Of a DNA stretch of 64,000 nucleotides, positions 18,471 to 27,966 are shown piece by piece. This DNA is from a bacterium (GTDB lineage Bacteria; UBA10199; 2-02-FULL-44-16; JAAZCA01): positions 512,001-576,000 of the forward strand of contig CAXXGI010000003.1 in assembly GCA_963674695.2 (NCBI GenBank), read 5' to 3'. Each line of letters begins with the position of its first letter. Within the stretch, counting starts at the first letter, position 1. The notes under the pieces were generated by a model that saw only the letters and a program-made list of their open reading frames with translations, was not told the DNA's origin and did no database searches. The translations under genes were made by a program, and so were the position numbers.

Positions 18471-20639
18471 TCAGCTGATATCGGCGAGCGTGAGTTTCCC
18501 TTCCCAGCGAGTGAGGAGCACCTCTTTGATGCGGGTGTTGTCCGTGCTTGAAAGCTGCGGGTCGGCCTCGATCAGTTCGAAGGCGGCCTTGCGCGCCTCT
18601 CCCAAAATGCCGACATCGCGCGCGAGGTTGGCGATGCGAAACGGTGGCAGGCCGGACTGACGCGTGCCCAAAAATTCGCCAGGGCCGCGGATGGCCAGAT
18701 CTTCCTCGGCGATGCGAAATCCATCGGTGGTGGCCACCATCACCTCGAGCCGACGCATGGCGTCCTCGCTGCGGCGATATTCGGCCATGAGAATGCAATA
18801 GGACTGAAACGTGCTGCGCCCCACCCTGCCTCGCAGCTGGTGCAGTTGCGAGAGCCCGAAGCGCTCGGCGTGTTCGATGACCATGACCGTGGCGTTGGGG
18901 ACATCCACGCCCACCTCCACCACCGAAGTGGCCGCCAGCACATGCACCGTGCCCGCCTTGAACGCGTTCATGATGCGTTCCTTCTCATCCCCCGACATGC
19001 GGCCGTGCAGGAGCGCGACGTGAAAATCGGGCTCGAAGACGCGCCTGAGTTCCTCGCACATGTCGGTGGCGTTTTTGAGGTCGAGCTTTTCGCTCTCTTC
19101 GATGAGCGGATAGACGATGTAGGCCTGGTGCCCATTGGTGATCTCGTGGCGAATACCTTCATAGAGTTTCTGACGCTGATGCTCCTCATAGAGGCGCGTC
19201 ATAATCGGCTTGCGCCCTTTCGGCAGCTCGTCGATGACCGAGACGTCCAGGTCGCCATAGAGGGTCATGGCCAGCGTGCGCGGGATGGGCGTGGCGGTCA
19301 TGATCAGGACATCGGGCCAGGTCTGCGCGGCTTTGCCATCATGGCCCTTCTCGCGAATGGCGGCGCGCTGCAGGACGCCGAAGCGATGCTGCTCATCGAC
19401 GACGATGAACCCGAGGCGTTTGAACGCGACCCCCTCCTGGATGAGCGCGTGCGTGCCGACCGCCAGCGGGATGCTCCCGTCGGCGAGTCCCGCGAGGATC
19501 TCCTTGCGATCGGCGCCCTTCACCGAACTCGTGAGCAGGCGCACCGGCAGTCCCAACGACCCGCAGATGTCGCGGATGGTCGTCATGTGTTGCTCGGCCA
19601 GGATCTCGGTCGGCGCCATGATGGCGGCTTGATACCCGCCTGCAATTGCTTGCAAGGCAGCCGCGAGCGCGACGACCGTCTTGCCGCTGCCCACATCGCC
19701 CTGCAGCAGGCGATTCATCGGCGCAGCGCGGTGCATGTCGGCAAAGATCTCATCGATGACGCGTTTCTGAGCGCCGGTGAGCCGGAACGGGAGTGTCTTG
19801 AGAAAGTGGTTGTGTGCAGCCTCATCGACGGCAAAGGCGATCCCCGGTTTGACGGCGACGTTGCGTCGGCGCAGCGCCATCCCCAGTTCGAGAAAAAAGA
19901 ACTCGTCGAAGATCAGTGTGCGGTGCGCTGCCGATCGGCCGATGGTGAGCAGCTCCGGTTCGATGTCGTTCGAGGGAAAGTGAATTTGTTGCAGGCAGGT
20001 CCACGGGTCGAGCAGTGTATGCGCCTCGGAAAACGCCTCGGAAAAGATCGGTTTGATGTTTTCGTGATAGGCATCCCAGGCGTTGCGCACGATCTTGCGC
20101 ATCGTCTTCTGATAGAGCCCCTCGGTGAGCGGATAGACCGGCAAAATGCGCCCGACGTCCGGCGGGGCATCGCCGCCCGTTGCGAGGATATCGATCTCGG
20201 GGTGAATGAACTGCATCGTGTTGCGGTAGGCGCTCGCTTCACCCGCGAGCAGGACGCGCGTGCCGGGGGCAAATTTCTGTTCCATGTAGCGCTGATTGAA
20301 GTGGAAGAACTTTGCGGAGACGCGGCCGGTGCCATCTTCGACGATGATCTCGTAGATGCGACGACGCCTGCCGCCCATGAAACTGACACCAGCGCGTTCG
20401 ACCGCGCCCACGACGGTGCGATCTTTTCCCGGCGAGAGCTCCGAGATGCCCAGGATTTGCCGGCGGTCGAGGTAGCGCAGCGGCGTGAGCGCCAGCAGAT
20501 CGGCGACGTTGAGGATGCCCATGCGCCCGAGTTTGGCCGCAAGCGCCGGCCCCACCCCCTTCACATACTGCACGGGCGTGGCCAGCTTCGGTCGGACATC
20601 GGTTCGATGGTTCGATGGTTCGACGGTTCGATGGTTCAT
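18471..20639 (-). CDS. recG: ATP-dependent DNA helicase RecG
   Basis: VKGVGP, QGDVGSGKT, VDEQHRFG, MTATPIPRTL, QLHQLRGRVGR. Confidence 0.97.
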   Translation of the reverse strand: MNHRTVEPSNHRTDVRPKLATPVQYVKGVGPALAAKLGRMGILNVADLLALTPLRYLDRRQILGISELSPGKDRTVVGAVERAGVSFMGGRRRRIYEIIVEDGTGRVSAKFFHFNQRYMEQKFAPGTRVLLAGEASAYRNTMQFIHPEIDILATGGDAPPDVGRILPVYPLTEGLYQKTMRKIVRNAWDAYHENIKPIFSEAFSEAHTLLDPWTCLQQIHFPSNDIEPELLTIGRSAAHRTLIFDEFFFLELGMALRRRNVAVKPGIAFAVDEAAHNHFLKTLPFRLTGAQKRVIDEIFADMHRAAPMNRLLQGDVGSGKTVVALAAALQAIAGGYQAAIMAPTEILAEQHMTTIRDICGSLGLPVRLLTSSVKGADRKEILAGLADGSIPLAVGTHALIQEGVAFKRLGFIVVDEQHRFGVLQRAAIREKGHDGKAAQTWPDVLIMTATPIPRTLAMTLYGDLDVSVIDELPKGRKPIMTRLYEEHQRQKLYEGIRHEITNGHQAYIVYPLIEESEKLDLKNATDMCEELRRVFEPDFHVALLHGRMSGDEKERIMNAFKAGTVHVLAATSVVEVGVDVPNATVMVIEHAERFGLSQLHQLRGRVGRSTFQSYCILMAEYRRSEDAMRRLEVMVATTDGFRIAEEDLAIRGPGEFLGTRQSGLPPFRIANLARDVGILGEARKAAFELIEADPQLSSTDNTRIKEVLLTRWEGKLTLADIS
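20599..20637. repeat. Octamer tandem repeat (GGTTCGAY)x4.5 at the recG 5' end
   Basis: TCGGTTCGATGGTTCGATGGTTCGACGGTTCGATGGTTC. Confidence 0.9.
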
Positions 20640-20650
20640 AGCTCAGAACG

Positions 20651-20677
20651 AAAAAGGGGGAGCTTTTCCGCTCCCCC
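20651..20677 (-). terminator. Rho-independent terminator after the OmpA gene
   Basis: Minus strand GGGGGAGC-GGAAAA-GCTCCCCC-TTTTT. Confidence 0.7.
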
Positions 20678-20704
20678 GAGGGTAATGACTACGTCTACTT
20701 GTGC

Positions 20705-20779
20705 TGTCATTCCCGCGGGGGTAAGCGGGGATCTCGATTGTAATGCCACGTCGAGATCCCCGCTTTCGCGGGGATGACA
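20705..20779. repeat. REP-like inverted pair
   Basis: TGTCATTCCCGC..GCGGGGATCTCG / CGAGATCCCCGC..GCGGGGATGACA. Confidence 0.88.
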
Positions 20780-20801
20780 AAACTCTGGTTTGTCATCAAC
20801 G

Positions 20802-22124
20802 TCAGTACGTCACCTGCGTCACGGTGAATTCCACGCGGCGGTTGCGGGCGCGGCCCTTCACGGTGTTGTTGTCGGCGATCGGGCGGCTCTCGCCGTAGCC
20901 CACGGCCGTGAGACGATCGGGCTCGATCCCCTTCTTGACGAGGTATTCACGCACGGCCTTGGCACGACGTTCCGAGAGGATCTGGTTGAAGGAATCCGGA
21001 CCGATCCAGTCGGTGTGTCCTTCCACGTTCACGCGCAGGATCTGCGGGTTGCGCTGGAGCAGATAGGCCACGTCGTCCAAAATGGGGTACGAGATCGGAC
21101 GAATGACGGCACGCGCGAACTCAAAGTGGATCTTCTGCGTGATGATGATCTTCTCTTCGACGATGGCATCCACTTCCATCGGCGGAGGCGGAGGCGGCTC
21201 GTGGATGCGGCGATAGTTTACACCGAGCAGGATGCGAAAGTCGGGCGAGCCGACGCCGGTCGTGATGCCGCGGCCACCACCGAGGGTGACGCCCAGGCCC
21301 TTGGCCATGCTCTGCGGCGTGAAACGACCGGCCACGACGAACTCGGCCGGATTCTGCAGCTGGTTTTTGAAGAAGCTCTTGATGATCGACTCGGAATAGA
21401 CTTCGCCGATCACCGCCCACGAATCGTTGATGCGTACGTTGATACCGCCGCCGAGGGTGATGGCGTTATCGAGAAAGGCGTTCGGATTGTTGAAATCGTA
21501 ACGGAAGTTCTGATAGTAGCGATAGCCGGCGTTGAGCGTGAGGAAGACGCGGTTCTTGATGTCGGCGTCGAAGACGAGCTTACCGCCCGGCGACCACATG
21601 CCAGTGCCGAGCCAGTAGTTGCTGCGGCCGGTCGGAAAATTCATGTAGGGCACGAGCGCGAGGCCGACGTGATAGCGCTCGATGTCGAGCAGGCGGAATT
21701 TCATCTCTACGCGCAGATCACCCATTTTGCCAAAGAGGGTCTGTTTCTGCACCGCAGCCGCGGCGCGGTTTTCATTGTAGTAGATCTCATACAGCGCGAT
21801 CGGGAAATCGAAGCCCATCGTCCACCAGTCGGTAAAGCCGATGGCGGCCTGGACGTTGGCCATGACCAGGTCGTCCACGATGCCACGGCGACGCGTGCCG
21901 GTGGGGTCGGCATATTCGAGGGGTTCGAAGGCATAGTCGAAATAGGCGCCGGCGTTGAAGCTCCATTGCGGTAGCGTGAACGACTGATGCTGGGTGATGA
22001 ATCGGCCGCCGTCGGAAGCAGGAACGAACCGGACGACCTGGTTGTTCTTGGCCTGCGCGGGAAGCGCCATGGCGGCAATTGCGACGAATACGGCAAAAAA
22101 GACCAACGATTTAAAGCGCTTCAT
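20802..22124 (-). CDS. OmpA-family outer-membrane protein with TraB-like N-terminal beta-barrel
   Basis: Signal peptide; barrel strands (FDYAFEPL, GDLRVEMK, VGSPDFRILLG); poly-Pro hinge; OmpA_C motifs VEGHTD, LSERRA, GRARNRRVEF. Confidence 0.88.
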   Translation of the reverse strand: MKRFKSLVFFAVFVAIAAMALPAQAKNNQVVRFVPASDGGRFITQHQSFTLPQWSFNAGAYFDYAFEPLEYADPTGTRRRGIVDDLVMANVQAAIGFTDWWTMGFDFPIALYEIYYNENRAAAAVQKQTLFGKMGDLRVEMKFRLLDIERYHVGLALVPYMNFPTGRSNYWLGTGMWSPGGKLVFDADIKNRVFLTLNAGYRYYQNFRYDFNNPNAFLDNAITLGGGINVRINDSWAVIGEVYSESIIKSFFKNQLQNPAEFVVAGRFTPQSMAKGLGVTLGGGRGITTGVGSPDFRILLGVNYRRIHEPPPPPPMEVDAIVEEKIIITQKIHFEFARAVIRPISYPILDDVAYLLQRNPQILRVNVEGHTDWIGPDSFNQILSERRAKAVREYLVKKGIEPDRLTAVGYGESRPIADNNTVKGRARNRRVEFTVTQVTY

Positions 22125-22231
22125 CCCTCCCCCTCTCGCTCGGAAACAATTGCGAAGGATTGTAGGGACTTGCGCACAAAAGTCAATAAAGTCGTGGGGT
22201 TTTAAGGTGGGCTCGGGGAGTGTCTGAAGGG

Positions 22232-22390
22232 TGTCATTCCCGCGAAGGCGGGAATCTCGACTATCCCCGGACGTGTCATTCCCGCCCCCGATTCAATCGT
22301 TCGAGGGCAGGCTCCGGCGGGAATCTCGATTTTCAAGATCCATCGAGATCCCCGTTTTCACGGGGATGACAAACCAAGGCAGGGATGACA
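22232..22390. repeat. REP-like cluster including the expanded-loop variant
   Basis: Three palindromic arms plus an extra GGGATGACA tail. Confidence 0.9.
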
Positions 22391-22420
22391 ATCGCACGGG
22401 GTGTCATACCCGCCCCACGT

Positions 22421-25400
22421 TCACCTCTTCCTCCGTCTCCTCACCCTTCCGATGGCGATGCCGCCGACGGAGAGGAAGACCACGAGCAGCGTCGGCAGGA
22501 CGTTGGCCGCGGTGGCCGGTGCGCCGGCAACATAGCAGCCCTTGCAGCCGCCGGTGCCGGCAGCGCTTCCCATCAGGCCGGGTTCGCCCACGAGGGCGGC
22601 AAACCGAACATCGAGCGGAACGGGCTGACCCGCGGCGTCCTGCACCAACGTGATCTGGACGTTCTGGAAGCCATCCCAGGGGAGCTCCGGCGTGAAGATG
22701 CGCGAGTCAGACTGTGCCCCGGCGTTCTTCTTCGCCGCCAGAAAGCTGATCACCGCTTCCGGATCCATCATCCGGTTCTCGATGTAGAGGTCCTCCATAT
22801 GCTCGACGCCCAGGTTTTCGAGCGTCTGGGCATCCGGCGCTCCGGCCATGCCGCCGAACGATCCGAACGTGGTCGGCATGCGCAGGCGGATGATGTGGAC
22901 GTAACTGGGCGGACCGGACTGGCTCTGTTGTGCCGCGAAGTCGATCATCGGTCCCTCAAGGGGCCCCTGCTGCGCGGCCGCAAAATCGCCAGAAACCCCT
23001 GGTGCGGCGATGACCGCCCGGTGATCGATCATGTTGTTCACGATCGTGCGGTTCTGGGGAAAGCTCGTCAGCGACGTCGCTGTGAGCGAGAGGCTCGGCG
23101 CAATCGCCTGAATCGCTGGGTTCCCTGAACTCGACAGGTTCGGTAGCGAGAAGGCCTTGGCCATCTGCGCGGCGGCCGGTTCAGCCGGCACCACGGGCAG
23201 GATGCGCATCGGCTGTTGCACCGCGCGGATCTCGTTGCGGAAGGTCATCTGTGAGGCATCGTCGAATGCGGTGCCCGAGGTCTGCACAAACATCCAAGGT
23301 GGCACCTCGGTGGTCGACGCACTCGCCGAGAGCTGTGCTTGCGAACCGGAGAAGGCCGGACGCACCCGGATGAAACAGGTCATCGTCTGCATCGGCTCGA
23401 CGAAGAGGTCGTAATCCTCCACGCCCGTGGCGTCTTGCACACGCGCGTTGAGCGCCTTGATCATCGTGGCGGCCGCTTCGCTCGAGTAGGTGTCGACATG
23501 ACAACGCGCATCGGCGATCTGCGAGGCGACGATGCTGTCATCATCATCACCCGGGATGGGTAGGTCGCGCTGGTCGCTGCAGAAACAGTCGTAGGTGCAG
23601 ACCTGGCCGTCGGCGCATTCATAGTCGGATTGGCATTCAAACTCCGGACCGCAATGATTGACCTGGTACATACAGCTGCAGTCCATTTCGCACCCGAGCG
23701 GTGTGAGCTGCTCGGGATTTTCGTCGCAGTACTGCGACAGGTGTGCTGCCTGTTCGTCGGGCGACAGATCCGCCGTGTCGCACTGCTCCCCGTCCAGATC
23801 GACCGCACCGTTGCGATTGCAGGTGATGCGTTCGAGCGGCACCACCACCGACATCTCACGGGCGCCCGGCATATCCTGTCCGCGCGGCATGGGGATGTGG
23901 GCCTTCAGGGAGAGCGGCGCCCCGAGAACCGGCACGAGCGGTCGCAGCGGGATGTCGATGATCCGGAGGAGTTCCAGAGGGAGGAGACTGCTGAACGCAG
24001 GATCCAGCGTTCCGATGCCCCCGGTAGGGATGGCCTGACAGCCGAGTGAGAGTTGCTGCTTACTGCGGACGCCCGACTTTGAGCGTGTCTTTGGCATCAT
24101 CAGCTGACGGGCCACCATGAATCGCTTGAGCTCGTATCCTTCATACGTTCCTTCGACGAGCGCGAGCGTCTCGAGGAAGGTATTCTGGAGTGCCGCCATG
24201 GCCTCTTTGTTTTCGAAGAGATCCGTCATGCTCTCCAGCGGTTGTACCGTTGCCACCGGCACGAGGTTGCCGACCAGTGCGATGGCATCGCCGTTCGATG
24301 CCGACACGACCACATCCGGTCGCCAGGCGGCATAGTCGGTCTCACCGCTGTCAGCAGAGTCGGAGTCGTTCTCACCATCCGCGGCGAAGCGCATGTTGTT
24401 TTCAACCTCGAGCGCGGCGCCGGACGTGACGCACTGGCAGTCATCGCAGGTTTCGTCGGTATTGCAGTCAGTGTCGGATTCACACTGTTCATCTGTGCCG
24501 ATGGTGCCATCTCCGCAAACAGCATTGCATCGATCACATTTCGGAGCACAGGTTGGATTTGGATCAAAACATCCAACATGATCATCGCTGGAGTCTGGTG
24601 TGTTCGACCCCGTATCACAAGCTTCACCAAGGTTGAAGTCTATGATACCATTTCCGCATGTGGGAACAATGCACTGACAATCGATGCAGGTTGCATTCGA
24701 AGACCCACAATCGGAATCGGTTTCACACTGTTCACTGGTTTCGATGGTGCCGTTGCCGCACTCGGGTTGGTTCGGACAGAGACTCGTATCCGTCCGGTAG
24801 TCGCAGAACGCCTTTAGCGAAGGAATGAGATCGCTGTACGTGTCATAGGGATGATAGCAATAGATCTCAAGCGGACAGGTGCACGGATCTGTGCAACAGG
24901 GCTCGGTTTCATCGATATCCGTCGTCGCTGGATCGTCGCCGAAGAAAGGCAGGTACAGATCGTTTCCACCTTCCATGCCCTTATTGCAGCCGGGTATCGT
25001 GCGGCAATGCGGTGCGATCGGATACTGCGCCCCCGCGGGTCCCTCGATATACGGAATGGGGATGCCGTTTCCATATTGTGTGCTGGTCATATTGTAGACC
25101 ATGCCTTCGTAAATCCCTGGGGGTGTGGCAACGACTGTTGCGGTTGCCTCGGTCGGAACCGCGCAGCCGATTTCGGGGAGCATGAGCGGAAGGCCGCTGA
25201 TCTGCGCGAGGGCATCGGCGCCATCTTTCCTCTCGGCCGTGATGCGTCCGACGCCGAAGGGACGATCTTCGCTCACGGTCGTAACGGCCTCACTCGTTGC
25301 CGACAGGCTTCCGACGCGAACGCGTTTCACGCCGCCCACACCGGGGCTGTAGTCCATCGACGAGAAGACGAGGGCGTTTTGCGCATCGAGCGCGCCGTAG

Positions 25401-27685
25401 AAGACATGGGCGTAGGAAGCGAAGGCGTTCGCCATGCCCTCCCCCACTGCTTCCGGCGTCAGGTTTCCGGCGGCGATGTCGGTGATGTTGTCACCGTTGA
25501 AATCGCCAATCGTCGCGGAGGCGATCTGAACGCTCGCATCGAGGGTGAGATTATTGAACGGTTCCTGCGGTTCGCAGCCATCGTTCCCAGGGATACGGCG
25601 GATCACCGTCACGGCATTCGAAAACATCTTCTGCGATAAACCATCCGCAGCGGCATCGAAACGCACGTTTTCAGAGTCAGCAGCGACGAGGTCGTTGACC
25701 ACCGTGTGTGCCCCACGCCAGGTGACGATGAGGTCCTCACACGCGGTGTCGCTCTCCCCATTGAGGTGTCCCGTTGTCACTCCATACGGGACAAAGTCGC
25801 CGCCGGAGGGCGGATCGAGCAGGAGGAATTCCGGCTTCACCAACGGTGTGGCCACGCATCTCCGCTTGTCGGCCTTGTTGAGATACATATAGATTCGACG
25901 CTCCTCATCGAGCGGGTCGATGAGGGAGATCACACCCTTGCAGACATTCACTCCATCGACCTCCTGACAGAACGGAATGCCGGAGGGAACCACGACCGTC
26001 TGGTGACGCTTGCTCGGCAGATCGTCTTCATCGGTGAGGACGGCCATGTCGTACATGCCGGGACCCACGAGCGCCATACTGGCAATAAATTTACCCGACG
26101 CCTCGGTTCCGGCCATATCCATGAAGCTGGTCGGGTTCATCGCCTCGAAGTCGGTGGATGCGTTCCAGGCGTGATCCTCATTCTGCCGATAGAAGGCGAC
26201 CGGCGCGACGACCGTGTGCGGATAGTCGGCAGTTCCGGCGCCCAGCGGTGTACTCTGATCGACATAGCATGTACCCATGACGTCAGCGGGCGGCTGTGTC
26301 ATCGTGACAAGCATCTCCGACCAGGTGCCTGGAGCGTAATGACTGTATGTGCCGGAACTGCTGCTACCGCTACCAACCTCAAACATCGCCGGGCGTCCGA
26401 AGATGCCGAGGATATATTGCGTCAGGTCGCGCATGCTCGCTTGATAGGCCACCGCTACATCGCCGTCGCGATAGGCCAGCGCCAATGGGCCGTCGGTGAT
26501 CTTGCGTCCGCCGTGCAGGTCCATGGTCTCGACGGCCACGGGGTTCGTGAGCCGCGGGACGATCGTGTTCGACTCGGCCAGCGAGAAGAGCTCGTGGAGG
26601 ATCTTCTCCATCTCGAACGGTGGGTTGTTGCCCGTATTGATTTCAATCTGTGGCAGATCCCAGCTGCGATAACCGGTGAAACGATAGCGCATCTGATCGC
26701 CGTCCTTCCGGAAGAAGGCCAGCGGGGACATGTAGGAGAAGTTGAAGGATTTGTTCGGGATTTGAACTGGTTGATGGAGGTGATAGGATAATGTCGTACC
26801 GGTACGCAAAACCGTCAGCTCTACATCTGCACTCAAATTGAATTCATTTTTGACATGGAGATTGAACGGATCGTAGGAGGGAGCAACGATGCCCGTTCCG
26901 ATATCCGCCGTGTCGAAGAGGAAAACGTCGGTATATGGACCCGCATCGGTGATGTCAGCAAACCCAGGGAGGTTGCTGCAGTCATCCGAATACAACGGGG
27001 CGCTGAAGGGTCTACACCAGTGAAAGCCCTCGGTGCTGCTGATGGCAGCGGGATAGTGGCGTAGGGTTTCCGCGTTGTCGTAAGGGGCAAGCGCTTGCGC
27101 TTCGCCCATGACGCCGGGTTCGAAGAAGAACTGATCGGTCGGATCGCCGAGAAGCCTTATGAGCTGACCATCCGGATCGCCCTGGATGTTGGCGAACATG
27201 ATTTGGCGAACGGCATGGTTTGTTCTGCTCAGGGTGAAAACCGGTTGTAACGAGATGTCGACGCTACCGTCGAGAGCACTAGTATTGAATTCCAGATTCA
27301 GATTGAGCCCGCTTGGGGCAATTCCCCCGAAGATCATTGTCCCACTTTCAGGATGGGGGATTCTCTCCATCATGTCGTTGATGACTTCCGCACCCTCGTC
27401 GGCCACGCGCGCTCCCGGCGTGGCGATGAGGTCCTCCACGCGGAAGGGATGTGCGCTGGGCAGGTCGATCTCCAGGTTGCCGAAACGGCCCGCATTCTCC
27501 GGGTGATCGAAGAAGCGCAGGCTTATGGCCCCGGTCTGCAGCGCCGCGGCACCGGCTTCATCCCGTTGAACCACCGGGATCGGCTTGGACAGTTCCAGCT
27601 CCGGTGTGTGTCCCTGTGCCATCGCCATCGATGGCAGCATGAGACCCAGCGCGCAGAGCAGACAGAGAAAAGTGGTGTTCTTCAT
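22421..27685 (-). CDS. Giant secreted Cys-rich surface protein with MYXO-CTERM-like anchor; paralog of 10031-18148
   Basis: Start MKNTTFLCLL after a GAGGA RBS. Shares DIGTGIVAPSYD, SPLAFF, VAPVAFYRQ, CEDLxxTWRG and GLPLMLPExGC with the 2705-aa protein. C-terminal GTGGCKGC-TM-RVRRRRKR. Confidence 0.88.
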   Translation of the reverse strand: MKNTTFLCLLCALGLMLPSMAMAQGHTPELELSKPIPVVQRDEAGAAALQTGAISLRFFDHPENAGRFGNLEIDLPSAHPFRVEDLIATPGARVADEGAEVINDMMERIPHPESGTMIFGGIAPSGLNLNLEFNTSALDGSVDISLQPVFTLSRTNHAVRQIMFANIQGDPDGQLIRLLGDPTDQFFFEPGVMGEAQALAPYDNAETLRHYPAAISSTEGFHWCRPFSAPLYSDDCSNLPGFADITDAGPYTDVFLFDTADIGTGIVAPSYDPFNLHVKNEFNLSADVELTVLRTGTTLSYHLHQPVQIPNKSFNFSYMSPLAFFRKDGDQMRYRFTGYRSWDLPQIEINTGNNPPFEMEKILHELFSLAESNTIVPRLTNPVAVETMDLHGGRKITDGPLALAYRDGDVAVAYQASMRDLTQYILGIFGRPAMFEVGSGSSSSGTYSHYAPGTWSEMLVTMTQPPADVMGTCYVDQSTPLGAGTADYPHTVVAPVAFYRQNEDHAWNASTDFEAMNPTSFMDMAGTEASGKFIASMALVGPGMYDMAVLTDEDDLPSKRHQTVVVPSGIPFCQEVDGVNVCKGVISLIDPLDEERRIYMYLNKADKRRCVATPLVKPEFLLLDPPSGGDFVPYGVTTGHLNGESDTACEDLIVTWRGAHTVVNDLVAADSENVRFDAAADGLSQKMFSNAVTVIRRIPGNDGCEPQEPFNNLTLDASVQIASATIGDFNGDNITDIAAGNLTPEAVGEGMANAFASYAHVFYGALDAQNALVFSSMDYSPGVGGVKRVRVGSLSATSEAVTTVSEDRPFGVGRITAERKDGADALAQISGLPLMLPEIGCAVPTEATATVVATPPGIYEGMVYNMTSTQYGNGIPIPYIEGPAGAQYPIAPHCRTIPGCNKGMEGGNDLYLPFFGDDPATTDIDETEPCCTDPCTCPLEIYCYHPYDTYSDLIPSLKAFCDYRTDTSLCPNQPECGNGTIETSEQCETDSDCGSSNATCIDCQCIVPTCGNGIIDFNLGEACDTGSNTPDSSDDHVGCFDPNPTCAPKCDRCNAVCGDGTIGTDEQCESDTDCNTDETCDDCQCVTSGAALEVENNMRFAADGENDSDSADSGETDYAAWRPDVVVSASNGDAIALVGNLVPVATVQPLESMTDLFENKEAMAALQNTFLETLALVEGTYEGYELKRFMVARQLMMPKTRSKSGVRSKQQLSLGCQAIPTGGIGTLDPAFSSLLPLELLRIIDIPLRPLVPVLGAPLSLKAHIPMPRGQDMPGAREMSVVVPLERITCNRNGAVDLDGEQCDTADLSPDEQAAHLSQYCDENPEQLTPLGCEMDCSCMYQVNHCGPEFECQSDYECADGQVCTYDCFCSDQRDLPIPGDDDDSIVASQIADARCHVDTYSSEAAATMIKALNARVQDATGVEDYDLFVEPMQTMTCFIRVRPAFSGSQAQLSASASTTEVPPWMFVQTSGTAFDDASQMTFRNEIRAVQQPMRILPVVPAEPAAAQMAKAFSLPNLSSSGNPAIQAIAPSLSLTATSLTSFPQNRTIVNNMIDHRAVIAAPGVSGDFAAAQQGPLEGPMIDFAAQQSQSGPPSYVHIIRLRMPTTFGSFGGMAGAPDAQTLENLGVEHMEDLYIENRMMDPEAVISFLAAKKNAGAQSDSRIFTPELPWDGFQNVQITLVQDAAGQPVPLDVRFAALVGEPGLMGSAAGTGGCKGCYVAGAPATAANVLPTLLVVFLSVGGIAIGRVRRRRKR

Positions 27686-27714
27686 ATAGTCCTCTCTTTC
27701 CAGCATCCATAATA

Positions 27715-27847
27715 TGCAAGGAAAGTGCCAAGGAATTCGCTTGCGATATTTCTAGTTAGCATGTTGAAAAATAAGGAATTGTTGCACATTCTGTCTCTCG
27801 CGCATGTCATTTTGAGAGCAATAAACCGACGGTGTCAAGATTATGAC
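27715..27847 (-). promoter_or_regulatory. Sigma54 promoter with two candidate upstream activator sites
   Basis: TTGGCACTTTCCTTGCA (27731-27715); TGTCATTTTGAGA (27805-27817); GTCAAGATTATGAC (27834-27847). Confidence 0.7.
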
Positions 27848-27863
27848 GGGTGCATGGTTTCAG

Positions 27864-27952
27864 TCGAGATCCCCGCGTTCGCGGGGATGACAAAACTTCG
27901 GGGGATGACAAAGCCAAGGGGGGTGTCATTCCCGCGCACGCGGGAATCTCGA
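27864..27952. repeat. REP-like cluster
   Basis: CGAGATCCCCGCGTTCGCGGGGATGACA, an extra GGGGATGACA, and GTCATTCCCGCGCACGCGGGAATCTCG. Confidence 0.88.
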
Positions 27953-27966
27953 TTGTATCGGTTCCC

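Noticed and set aside
18840-20777. 645-aa plus-strand ORF
   Set aside because: Antisense shadow of recG.
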